Shown in pieces: positions 51,869 through 61,155 of a DNA stretch of 64,000 nt. The notes below the pieces were generated by a model. It was not told where the DNA came from and made no database searches. It saw only the letters and a program-made list of their open reading frames with translations. Origin of the DNA: Candidatus Asgardarchaeum abyssi (GTDB lineage Archaea; Asgardarchaeota; Asgardarchaeia; Asgardarchaeales; Asgardarchaeaceae). Where the stretch lies: NCBI GenBank assembly GCA_040225955.1, contig JBECUL010000004.1, forward strand, positions 8,297 through 72,296, read 5' to 3'. Numbering within the stretch: the stretch's first letter is position 1; the number at the start of each line of letters is the position of its first letter. The translations under genes and the position numbers were made by a program.

Positions 51869-53271
51869 TGTTTATGAATCTGGATATACCAAAAGTAGGT
51901 CCAGATAAGAGCATTAGGGAAACTATGGAAGAGATAAATAGACACGGTTTAGGAATAGCGTTTATTGTTGATAAAGAAGATAGACTTCTAGGTTTAGTTA
52001 CAGATGGAGATATAAGAAGAGCACTCTTGAGAGGAGTAAGCTTAAATGAAAAAATATCCAAAATCATGAACAAGAGCCCAATAAAGATATACAACTTTTG
52101 GAAGAAAGAAGAAGTTAAACGCTATTTGGAATCTCCAGAAGTTAGAAAAAGAGTTCCGAAGTTTAAAGCATTAATTGTACCAGTACTAACAGAGGACAAT
52201 AGGATTATTGGAATTAGAGCTGTGTATAGAGATATCAATAAGGGTGAGTATATTATATCATACTCGACTAAAGAAGTCCGGAGCCCGCAAAAAGTGTTAG
52301 TAATTGGAGGAGCGGGATATATTGGTTCGGTTTTGGTGAGAATGCTCTTAGAGGAAGGATATCGCGTAAAAGTTATGGATAATTTATTGTATGGGGATCA
52401 TGGTATCAAAGAATTGTATGGTAGAGAGAATTTTGAATTTTTTAAGGGAGATCTAACAAACATAGATGATGCCTTAGAGGCTATGAATGACGTAGATGCG
52501 GTAATTCATTTAGCGGGTATAGTGGGAGATCCAGCAAGCAAGATAAAACCAAAAGATACATTGAAAATAAATTACTTTTCAACAAGAGTGCTTAGGGACA
52601 TAGCCAAATATCTTGGTGTTTCAAAATTTATATTTGCCTCAAGCTGCAGTGTTTATGGATTTAGAGAAGGTATATGTACAGAGGAGACCGAGCCAAACCC
52701 TCTTTCTTTATATGCGGAGACTAAACTAATGTCGGAGAAGGCATTATTAGAGTCAAAAGGGGATGGATTTTGCCCGGTCATATTAAGATTTGCAACCGCA
52801 TATGGACTCTCCCCAAGAATGAGATTCGATTTAGTTGTTAACTTACTAATAGCAAAAGCACTTGTAGATAAGGAGATAACAGTGTTCGGGGAGGGAAAAC
52901 AGTATAGACCATTTGTGCACATAAGAGATATTTCAAGGGCAATAATAAAAGTTTTAAAAGCCCCATCTGAAGTGGTATGTGGGGAAGTTTTCAATGTTGG
53001 ATCGGACGAACAAAATATAAGCATAAAGGAGCTAGCAGAAAAGATAAAGCAAAAAATTCCAGATGCAGAACTGAAGTTCATAAAGGAAAAAGAAGATAGC
53101 AGAAGTTATATTGTATCATTTAAGAAAATCAGAGAGAAATTAGGGTTTGTACCAAAATATACAATAGAAATGGCTATTAATGAGATAAGAGAAGCTTTTG
53201 AGAAGGGGCTCATTGAAGATTATAAGGATAAAAAATATAGCAATTACAAATCGCTGAATGAAGAGCCTTAA
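51865..53271 (+). CDS. CBS-pair domain fused to NAD-dependent epimerase/dehydratase
   Basis: GLVTDGDIRRALL (CBS) followed by GGAGYIG, ASSCSVYG and YAETK. Confidence 0.85.
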   Translation: MMFMNLDIPKVGPDKSIRETMEEINRHGLGIAFIVDKEDRLLGLVTDGDIRRALLRGVSLNEKISKIMNKSPIKIYNFWKKEEVKRYLESPEVRKRVPKFKALIVPVLTEDNRIIGIRAVYRDINKGEYIISYSTKEVRSPQKVLVIGGAGYIGSVLVRMLLEEGYRVKVMDNLLYGDHGIKELYGRENFEFFKGDLTNIDDALEAMNDVDAVIHLAGIVGDPASKIKPKDTLKINYFSTRVLRDIAKYLGVSKFIFASSCSVYGFREGICTEETEPNPLSLYAETKLMSEKALLESKGDGFCPVILRFATAYGLSPRMRFDLVVNLLIAKALVDKEITVFGEGKQYRPFVHIRDISRAIIKVLKAPSEVVCGEVFNVGSDEQNISIKELAEKIKQKIPDAELKFIKEKEDSRSYIVSFKKIREKLGFVPKYTIEMAINEIREAFEKGLIEDYKDKKYSNYKSLNEEP

Positions 53272-53461
53272 TAAGTTTTAATGCATCATCAGGATACCCT
53301 CTTGTTTGCCAAATTTTTCTTTTTATTCCCTGCAAAATAAACTACTCATCAATAAATATGTTTCATCATAATTTTTTTAAGAATCGCCTAAGATAATTTA
53401 GTTAACTCTGCTTGACAATTCTTTAGATGTCGCCTTAAGCATCACAGAAGGGATTCATCAC

Positions 53462-55060
53462 ATGGCTTTAGAAATCGGAAAAAGAATAGCAAAGTGGGCA
53501 ACAATTCTCACAGGCTTAGATTATATAATTCTCATTTCTACATTTGTTTTTTCATTGCTAATAATCGCGAATCTTCAACCTGAGAATTACGGCATCTTTA
53601 GTATAGCCTCGGCAACTTACCTTGTCATAACGTCGGTTTTGCAGAGCTTTTTTGTCTTACCATTCATACGAACAATTTCAAGGTATTTAGGTAAAAAGGA
53701 TTTCACTGCTATTTCTTATGTGTATGGTCTCTCAACAATAGTGGCTTTAATAAGTTCCATAATCATTGCAATAATACATTTTGAAGCTTCACCATTCATT
53801 GCAGTATACATACTAGGCTATCCAGAAGTCATAGAATATATGAAACTATTATCGATAAACATTGTCACATCACTAATAGCTGCATTGTTCAGAGGTTTTC
53901 TCTTAAGTCTAAAATCTTACAGAAAATTGGCATTAAGTAGATTGGCAGACGGTCTATTTTACATCGTAGGCATATACGCTATGGTTCTAGTTTATGATTG
54001 GACAGTTCTAGCGATTGTTATAGGAACTGATGTATATTTACTATTCTCATGCCTTGTAACAGTATTTTTGGCAATTGCAGAAACAAGAAAAAGAAAAATA
54101 GCATTTAAAGTGACGTTTCAAAAAACACTACTCAAAGAAACTTTTAGCTTGGGGAAATATTTTATTGTGGGAAACAGCTTGGCTTACATTTTCATAAGAT
54201 GGGATATCTTTGTAGTTTCAATAATAGTTCATGACAGCTTACTGATTGGATATTACTCCTTCGCTAAAAATCTGGTCTATAGAGTAAGATTCTTGTTCAC
54301 GAAAGTTAATGCTTTGCTCTACCCAGTTTTCTCAGAACAAGAAGCTAGCTCCGATATCCACACCATGAACAAACTCCTAAAAGCAGGAAACATAATATCC
54401 CTGGTTCTCAGTACACCAATAGCCATATTTGTAGCCATTTTTTCTAAAGAAGGAATAATCTTAGCATCGGTATTCATAGAGAAAATGTACGCATATGTGA
54501 ATGCCTCAAATATCCTAGCAATATTCGGCTTGATTTTAATACCATACGCATTGGATGTAGCAATAATACCCTATTTTAACGGAATCGGAGAAGTTGATAA
54601 GCTAGTTAAAGCAAACTCTATCCTGCTAGGCTCATCCTTAATACTACTCCCCGTGCTCTCATTATACTCAAATATAATCGGCGCAGCAATAGCATACGTT
54701 ACCTCACAATACTTAAGAACAATATATTGGGTTGCTTCAGCACATAAGAGGGTTGGAATCAATTTTAAGAGATATGTAAATACTCTAATATCATCAGTAC
54801 TTAGCATCATAATAGTAAAAGTCTCATTTGATACGCTTGAACAATTATTAGTAGGTTTGGATATAATAGTTCATTCGCACATTTCATTCTTGATAATACC
54901 ATTACTTCTCATTCACAGTTTGATAACATACATCTTTCTTGTAAGAACTAAAGTTATTACGAAAAGAGAAATAAGTATTCTGGAAAGAGGTTTTGGCAAA
55001 AACAAATTAGCTAGGAAATTAATAGATTTTGCTGAGAAAATTGGTAGATTTAAAAAATAA
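53462..55060 (+). CDS. Oligosaccharide flippase (Wzx/MOP family)
   Basis: LQPENYGIFS, GYYSFA and LYPVFS; about 14 TM segments. Confidence 0.85.
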   Translation: MALEIGKRIAKWATILTGLDYIILISTFVFSLLIIANLQPENYGIFSIASATYLVITSVLQSFFVLPFIRTISRYLGKKDFTAISYVYGLSTIVALISSIIIAIIHFEASPFIAVYILGYPEVIEYMKLLSINIVTSLIAALFRGFLLSLKSYRKLALSRLADGLFYIVGIYAMVLVYDWTVLAIVIGTDVYLLFSCLVTVFLAIAETRKRKIAFKVTFQKTLLKETFSLGKYFIVGNSLAYIFIRWDIFVVSIIVHDSLLIGYYSFAKNLVYRVRFLFTKVNALLYPVFSEQEASSDIHTMNKLLKAGNIISLVLSTPIAIFVAIFSKEGIILASVFIEKMYAYVNASNILAIFGLILIPYALDVAIIPYFNGIGEVDKLVKANSILLGSSLILLPVLSLYSNIIGAAIAYVTSQYLRTIYWVASAHKRVGINFKRYVNTLISSVLSIIIVKVSFDTLEQLLVGLDIIVHSHISFLIIPLLLIHSLITYIFLVRTKVITKREISILERGFGKNKLARKLIDFAEKIGRFKK

Positions 55061-55298
55061 TTAAATTCGACCAAACTGCAATAATAGTACCGATCATTAT
55101 CTGAAAAGATATTTCCGTTCAATATATTTTTAAAATAATTGTTAGAATACCTAAATCATTTATCTTATTTGTTCTACTGCAATATCATATAGGAGTGTTA
55201 TACACAACTAAAAACTAAAAATAGTTTATTATCATAGAGATATTCTCTCGATATGATACCTTTACTTATGACCAATTGAGTTCAACATACCCAAGGAA

Positions 55299-56081
55299 TT
55301 ATGAAAATGAAGACAAAAGAATAAACAACCCTGATAATAAAACAATCAGAGACAATAACGTTTTAAGAGGCTTTCGAGGTACTTTTGAATTTAATTTAAA
55401 TCCTATAAAAGTTCCAGGTAAAGTCCCAAGAATTAGTAGGGATGCAAGTATAAAATTGATAGTACCCAGTGTTGAGTGAACCAATGTGCTACTTGAAGTC
55501 AGTAAAAAGCTATAAGGCATAGTAGTTCCGACAATGTTATGAGGACTTAAATTTGTGAAAACCAAAAGGAAAAAAACCACTAATGTGCCGCTACCCACTG
55601 AAGTAAATTGAACAGTAAATCCAACTATAAATCCTATAATTAAAGTTTTAAGAAAAGTTATCTTTCTTTCAGCATGTTTTCTATAAAGATGATTCCCTAA
55701 TATCGTTATCAGTGATACAACAATTAAAACTACTCCAAGAGCGATTGATACGAAGAAATCTATACTAATACCATTGCTTTTCAAAAAATGAAGTGCAAGA
55801 CCACCAAGAACTATTGCAGGTAGACTCCCAAGATACAATAACATCGCTAGTCGCATATTAATCTCATGCCTAGAATAAAATAGAGCAGATCCAAAGAGTT
55901 TAGTAATAGTAGAATATAGCAAGTCCGTGCCGACAGCAACTACAGGGTCCACTCCTAAAAAAATAAGAATAGGGGTCATAATGGCTCCACCGCCCATCCC
56001 AGTTAAGCCTATGAGAATGCCTACTACTAATCCAAGTACGATGTAAAGCAGTGCAACAATGGAGTCCATAGTATCCTTCAC
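55299..56081 (-). CDS. TauE/SafE family (TSUP) transporter
   Basis: GLTGMGGGAIMTP, AVGTDL and TSVGSG. Confidence 0.9.
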   Translation of the reverse strand: MKDTMDSIVALLYIVLGLVVGILIGLTGMGGGAIMTPILIFLGVDPVVAVGTDLLYSTITKLFGSALFYSRHEINMRLAMLLYLGSLPAIVLGGLALHFLKSNGISIDFFVSIALGVVLIVVSLITILGNHLYRKHAERKITFLKTLIIGFIVGFTVQFTSVGSGTLVVFFLLVFTNLSPHNIVGTTMPYSFLLTSSSTLVHSTLGTINFILASLLILGTLPGTFIGFKLNSKVPRKPLKTLLSLIVLLSGLFILLSSFS

Positions 56082-56094
56082 ATCCTCAAAAGAC

Positions 56095-56313
56095 TTAATC
56101 TAAATACCCAAGAGACCGAAGCCTTTCTTTTACTTGTTCCTCTTCCTCTTTGCTGAATACTTCCTCCTCTTCTTCCTCTTCGGAGAGAACCTCCCGAAGT
56201 ACAAAAGTTACATATTCCTCAACACTCTTAAATTCTGTATCCTTTATCTGTTCTTCAATTTTTTTGTACAAACTTTTGGGAATCGGAACATTTACCTTTT
56301 CTTCATCACTCAT
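56095..56313 (-). CDS. CopG/RHH protein with acidic RLxxLGY tail
   Basis: VNVPIPKSLYKKI...FKSVEEYVTFVLRE then EEEEQVKERLRSLGYLD; GGAGGTG SD. Confidence 0.85.
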   Translation of the reverse strand: MSDEEKVNVPIPKSLYKKIEEQIKDTEFKSVEEYVTFVLREVLSEEEEEEEVFSKEEEEQVKERLRSLGYLD

Positions 56314-56346
56314 TGAAAACACCTCCATATTATTTTGGAATGGAAC

Positions 56347-56874
56347 TTATTTTTTACTCAAATAACCTAATTCCTCTGCCTTAGAAAGAACTGCGTCTAC
56401 CTCTTCATCAATAGACATAATATGAGATTGAACCACAACTTCCGGATTATCAGGCTCCTCATATACACCGTCGTAACCGGTTAATCCTTTTATTTCTCCT
56501 TTTATTGCTTTTGCATAAAGCCCTTTGGGGTCTCTCTGTATTCTTACCTCTAAAGGGCATTTTAGATATACTTCTATGAACTTGCCAAGCTCCTTACGGG
56601 CAAACTCTCTTACTGCTTTGTAAGGGGATATTAATGATACTATTGCTACAACACCATTTCTTGAGAGTAATTTAGCCATGTGAATCACTACTCGATTATG
56701 CATTTCTCTTGCCTCTTTACTGAATCCTAGATTTGGATACAATGTCTTTCTGATAACGTCTCCATCTAATACTTCTACGCGATACCCCATATCCTTCAAT
56801 CTTTTTTCCAAGGCATGTGCCAGTGTAGATTTACCAGCACCACTAGGTCCAGTCAGCCAGATAACGAAACTCAT
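56347..56874 (-). CDS. cysC: Adenylyl-sulfate (APS) kinase
   Basis: WLTGPSGAGKST, LDGD, ISPY, RDPKGLY and YEEP. Confidence 0.95.
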   Translation of the reverse strand: MSFVIWLTGPSGAGKSTLAHALEKRLKDMGYRVEVLDGDVIRKTLYPNLGFSKEAREMHNRVVIHMAKLLSRNGVVAIVSLISPYKAVREFARKELGKFIEVYLKCPLEVRIQRDPKGLYAKAIKGEIKGLTGYDGVYEEPDNPEVVVQSHIMSIDEEVDAVLSKAEELGYLSKK

Positions 56875-58262
56875 ATTATGCTTTTCCCCCTTAATCCTTC
56901 TCTTTGTATTCCAAATAGCTTCAAAATGGTGGGGGCAAAATCATAGATTGATAGTCTAACTTGTTTGGAGTTACTCATACCAGGAAAATATAGAGTAAAT
57001 ATTCCATCAACTGCATGAACCGCATCATCGGGTCCAGTATCATTTTCTAACAAGTATGGTGTGGGATATCCTAATGTTCCAGCAGAACGCCAATAAAGAT
57101 TGTCAAAATAAACCATCATATCTGGCTTATCGCCACGTGTTTCTGGGTAGATTCTCTCAGGATAAAAGACTTTTGTGTCCCATCTTTCCCCATTAGGACC
57201 TCTGATTGACTTTATTCTTTCTGCAACTTCATCTCTAACCCTCTCATATTCAGATAGACTAATTACACCATTGGGTTCTCGTCCCTTCACATTAAGAAAT
57301 ACACGTGCATAATAACCGCCCCATCCCCATGCTATTGTGGAACTCCAGTCAACATCAAGTTCATCAAACTTCACCTGCTTTCCAGATTTTAAAATTTCCA
57401 GATTTCGGATTTTTAGTAATCCCTCTTCAATTAGCCACTGATTTATAACAAATGCACCCTTCATCCTCTTTATACCATGATCCGATACCATAACCACAGC
57501 AGTATCCTCATCGAGTAACTTTAGCGTTTTTCCAATTTCTTCGTCTAGAAGCTTATAGTAATCGGGAATAACATTCTTATACTTGCTATTCGGCTCATAT
57601 AGATGATGCCCCTTGTCAAAATACTTCCAAAAAGCGTGATGAATCCTATCAAGACCTATTTCTACGAATTCAAAGTAATTCCAATCTTTCTCTTGAATAA
57701 GATATCTTATTACCTCAAAACGCCGTTTTGTCATCTCCCAAATTTGCTCTTTTACCTCATCACGCGCCTCTCTTCTAAATGGAACATCAAATATGTACTC
57801 TCCAACTACATTTTCAACTTCCTTCTTAAGCTCAGCGGGATAAGTATATTGGGTCTGTGCGTTAGGAGTTATAAAACATGAAATCATCCAACCATTAATT
57901 TTCTTAGGAGGGTAGCTAGGTGGTACGCCTATAAGGATAGATTTGTAGCCAGCCTCTCCTAAATAATCCCAGATTGCCTTTTCTTTAATCATTTTACTAT
58001 GTGCGATCCATATCTCGTTGTAAGTTCCACTTTTCCTATGCCGAAATCCGTATAGACCTAGCTCACCAGGAGTTTTGCTGGTTGCCATTACCATCCAAGC
58101 GGGTATTGTGATAGCGGGAATGCAACTTTCCATTGGGCCATACATTGACCTTTCTATCAACTTCTTTATATTAGGTAAATCTTCTGAAAATTTCCCAAAC
58201 AATAAATCTGGAGGGGCTGAATCAAGCCCTATAACAAACACTTTGTTGACTTTTGTTTCCAT
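56871..58262 (-). CDS. Alkaline phosphatase superfamily enzyme (NPP/type I phosphodiesterase-like)
   Basis: IGLDSA, PAITIPAW (probable Thr nucleophile), DRIHH, SDHG and DAVH; no obvious signal peptide. Confidence 0.88.
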   Translation of the reverse strand: METKVNKVFVIGLDSAPPDLLFGKFSEDLPNIKKLIERSMYGPMESCIPAITIPAWMVMATSKTPGELGLYGFRHRKSGTYNEIWIAHSKMIKEKAIWDYLGEAGYKSILIGVPPSYPPKKINGWMISCFITPNAQTQYTYPAELKKEVENVVGEYIFDVPFRREARDEVKEQIWEMTKRRFEVIRYLIQEKDWNYFEFVEIGLDRIHHAFWKYFDKGHHLYEPNSKYKNVIPDYYKLLDEEIGKTLKLLDEDTAVVMVSDHGIKRMKGAFVINQWLIEEGLLKIRNLEILKSGKQVKFDELDVDWSSTIAWGWGGYYARVFLNVKGREPNGVISLSEYERVRDEVAERIKSIRGPNGERWDTKVFYPERIYPETRGDKPDMMVYFDNLYWRSAGTLGYPTPYLLENDTGPDDAVHAVDGIFTLYFPGMSNSKQVRLSIYDFAPTILKLFGIQREGLRGKSII

Positions 58263-58288
58263 TATAATCACCATTCCATAGAACAAAA

Positions 58289-59449
58289 TTATTCCACAAA
58301 TGGATTCTTAAAACTAAGAATCACTTTTGCAACCTCTGGGCGCATCATCTCTTTTGGGGGTATCTTTCCCTCTAAGAGCATTTTTCTTATTTTTGTACCA
58401 CTGGGGCGAATTATATCATCACCAGAATGAGGGCATATATTCGAATTTACATACCCCATGCACTTCTTACAGTAATAGAACTCTTTGAAGAATATAGGCG
58501 CGATGCCTAAATCTGGAAATTCATTGAAGATTTCTTGAGCTTCATAAGGACCATAGTAGTTACCAACACCCGCATGGTCACGCCCAACTATGAAATGTGT
58601 GCAACCAAAGTTTTTACGAACGATAGCGTGAAATATAGCTTCTCTTGGTCCTGCATATCTCATCTCTGTTCTTAAAATTGCAAGCACTGCTTTATCTTTT
58701 AGATAGTAGTGAGCAATTAGCTCTTCATAAGCCTTAAGAATTACTTCATCCTTAAAATCGCCAGGCTTTTTCTTACCAATTACAGGATTTATGAAAAGGC
58801 CGTCAATGAATGTAAGAGCTGTTTTCTGAATATATTCATGACCCATATGGGGCGCATTTCTTGTTTGGAATCCAACAACAGTCCTCCACCCCTTAGCTCT
58901 GAAAAGAACCCGCGTTTCAACAGGTCTTAGGGTATAACGCTCAAACGGATTTTCTATGCCTTCTATGAAATCTATTCTCCCTCCAACCAAGCGATCCTTC
59001 ATTTGATATGTCTTCAAAACACCAGGATGATTCTTATCAGTTGTCTTGAATACTTTCTGAGCATGCACTTTTTTGTCATAGGTATAAATATCTTCTATAT
59101 TTAGCAGCGCTATCGCTTTTCCGTTATAAGTAAGAACTACTGTATCTCCTGGCTTGATTTGCTTATTAGAAAGCTCTTCTGAGGATACGTCAAGAACTAT
59201 CGGAATCGTCCACGGCGTGTCATCCTCTAAACGCATACTTTTAAGTACAGCAAGATAATCATTTTGCGTCATAAATCCTTCAAGTGGGCTAAATACGCCG
59301 TAGGCAATATTCTCAATATCAACAGCTAAATCTTTTGATACTTCTATCCTAGGAAACTCTTTAACCTGCTCCAATACACTTTCCTTAGAGCGCCTTTCTA
59401 AAACCCTATTCACTAACCTACCACCATGAGGTCTAGGTAGACCCACCAT
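58289..59449 (-). CDS. sat: Sulfate adenylyltransferase (ATP sulfurylase)
   Basis: PHGGRL, FQTRNAPHMGH, RYAGPREA, GRDHAG and SGTKIR. Confidence 0.96.
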   Translation of the reverse strand: MVGLPRPHGGRLVNRVLERRSKESVLEQVKEFPRIEVSKDLAVDIENIAYGVFSPLEGFMTQNDYLAVLKSMRLEDDTPWTIPIVLDVSSEELSNKQIKPGDTVVLTYNGKAIALLNIEDIYTYDKKVHAQKVFKTTDKNHPGVLKTYQMKDRLVGGRIDFIEGIENPFERYTLRPVETRVLFRAKGWRTVVGFQTRNAPHMGHEYIQKTALTFIDGLFINPVIGKKKPGDFKDEVILKAYEELIAHYYLKDKAVLAILRTEMRYAGPREAIFHAIVRKNFGCTHFIVGRDHAGVGNYYGPYEAQEIFNEFPDLGIAPIFFKEFYYCKKCMGYVNSNICPHSGDDIIRPSGTKIRKMLLEGKIPPKEMMRPEVAKVILSFKNPFVE

Positions 59450-59466
59450 AATTGCTCACCCCTTTA

Positions 59467-59703
59467 TCATAAATATCCTAACGCCTTCAAACGCCTCTTT
59501 ATACGCTCTTCATCCTCTTTTGAAAATGCTTTATCTTTGAGCTCTTCTTCAATGCTCGCAAGAATTTCACGTAAAATGAAAGTAACATAATCAGAAACCG
59601 ATGTGAAACCCGTCCCCTCTATCATCCTTTTTATCTTCTCATATAAAGGTACGGGAATTGATATCGTGGTAAATTTTCTTACCTTTTCAGCTTTCTTTGA
59701 CAT
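59467..59703 (-). CDS. CopG/RHH protein with acidic RLxxLGY tail (paralog of 56095-56313)
   Basis: TISIPVPLYEKI...FTSVSDYVTFILRE then EDEERIKRRLKALGYL; GGTGAT SD. Confidence 0.85.
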   Translation of the reverse strand: MSKKAEKVRKFTTISIPVPLYEKIKRMIEGTGFTSVSDYVTFILREILASIEEELKDKAFSKEDEERIKRRLKALGYL

Positions 59704-59745
59704 AAGGATCACCATCATAAACTAATAACTTTTTACCATCACCAT

Positions 59746-59883
59746 CTACCTTTTGTAACCATATTTTATAAACGCCCAAAATCTCTCAAGGCTGTTAGCT
59801 ATTCCATAGCTCATCGCTTTCAGATGTCTAACTATGTTTATGGCGAATATTTCTGCTCCTCTGCTTGTGACTAAGAATTTCAT
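59746..59883 (-). pseudogene. 45-codon ORF, probable remnant of an SDR epimerase N-terminus
   Basis: GGTGGTG SD, then MKFLVTSRGAEIFAINIVRHLKAM..., resembling a decayed MKxLVTGGAG Rossmann start. Confidence 0.4.
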
Positions 59884-59898
59884 TTTCACACCACCTGT

Positions 59899-60675
59899 TC
59901 ATATATTCAATACTATTAGATTTCTAACTGATAAAAACATTATTAGTATTCCTATTATTGGCATTAAATACTTTTTTGGGGCTCTTCTGCAAACAACGGC
60001 TCCCAATGGTGCTATTATAACTCCTCCTATCATAAGCCCTAAAACGATAAAGAAGTTCTGAAAGCCAATTAGTACAAAAAAGGTTAGTGTCTCACATAAA
60101 GTAACAAAGAATTCTGCTAAGTTTACGGAACCAATAGCTTCAACAGGGTCATTTCCTTCTGCAATCAGAGTTGATGTTACTATCGGCCCCCATCCTCCGC
60201 CTCCAATTGCATCCATAAAACCGCCTATTCCAGCAAGGAAGGGCTTGTTTACTTTCTTCACGATGAGGTTTATATTGAAAGCTCTAAACAGGATTACAAT
60301 TCCCATTGTGCACAGGTATATATTCACTGCGGGCTTCATGAGCCATATTGGCATATCAACAAGCAAGTAAGCTCCTACAATTGCACCAATGCACCCTGGA
60401 ACAACTAGTTGTTTGAATAGCTTCCTATCTACATTTCCAACTTTAAGGTGACTCGTTCCTGAAGCTAAAGTCGTAAACACTTCTGCCGTGTGAATACTAG
60501 CACTTGCTACTGCCGGGGTAATCCCTATTGCTAAAAGAAAAGTGTTTGATATAACTCCGTATGCCATGCCTAATGCTCCATCGATAAGCTGAGCAAATGC
60601 ACCAACAAGTAGTGTTAGAAAAAAGATTTCCCATATATAATCAAAGCCACCAACCATATAAGACATGACACTCAC
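59899..60675 (-). CDS. TauE/SafE family (TSUP) transporter
   Basis: DGALGMAYG, ASASIHTAEVFT, GGGGWGP and GSVNLAEFFV. Confidence 0.9.
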   Translation of the reverse strand: MSVMSYMVGGFDYIWEIFFLTLLVGAFAQLIDGALGMAYGVISNTFLLAIGITPAVASASIHTAEVFTTLASGTSHLKVGNVDRKLFKQLVVPGCIGAIVGAYLLVDMPIWLMKPAVNIYLCTMGIVILFRAFNINLIVKKVNKPFLAGIGGFMDAIGGGGWGPIVTSTLIAEGNDPVEAIGSVNLAEFFVTLCETLTFFVLIGFQNFFIVLGLMIGGVIIAPLGAVVCRRAPKKYLMPIIGILIMFLSVRNLIVLNI

Positions 60676-60907
60676 CTACTTGAGAGTATGTGCCGTGTAA
60701 AAAATAAATAATAAATAAAAGTAAAAAGTAAAATGAATAATACGCAGGTATTTTTACAATAAACTCAGTTATGCCGAACTTAAACGATAACCACAAATCA
60801 CCAGATAAAAAATAAACTATCAGAGGTGACACTAAAAAGCTCTGATACAGCCTATAGCTTATTGTTTTCGCTAAGCTCCTTGCCTGCGTTTCATTTGACC
60901 TAACCAT
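60641..60907 (-). CDS. DUF2061-like small membrane protein, C-terminus possibly degraded
   Basis: ETQARSLAKTISYR...KIPAYY; the expected ERxW ending is absent. Confidence 0.55.
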   Translation of the reverse strand: MVRSNETQARSLAKTISYRLYQSFLVSPLIVYFLSGDLWLSFKFGITEFIVKIPAYYSFYFLLLFIIYFLHGTYSQVGECHVLYGWWL

Positions 60908-61155
60908 CAGACATCACTTTTCTGCTTCCCTTTAAACAATTAAATGTGTTACTTTTAACTGTAATGTTATTTAATTATATTTAATTAATTATTATTTTTG
61001 TTATTAAAATAATTTCAATAGATGCTTATAAATGTTTTCCAGACGACATGATTACTATTTACATCGATGTTTTTGCTCTGAATATAAACTACCACTGAAA
61101 AAGTTTAGTAATTCAAAAGTAAATTACTGTAACACGATTTAATAACTCAATATAG

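Noticed and set aside
55230-55258. Imperfect hairpin TATCATAGAGA...TCTCGATATGATA between convergent genes
   Set aside because: Possibly a terminator, but short and AT-rich; insufficient support.
56130-56185. TCTTCC-type short repeats (also near 37690-37720)
   Set aside because: They encode poly-Glu tracts and are not an independent repeat element.
56347-59449. Dissimilatory or assimilatory sulfate reduction
   Set aside because: No aprAB, dsrAB, qmo, cysH or sulfite reductase in the window; the presence of cysC points to PAPS formation.
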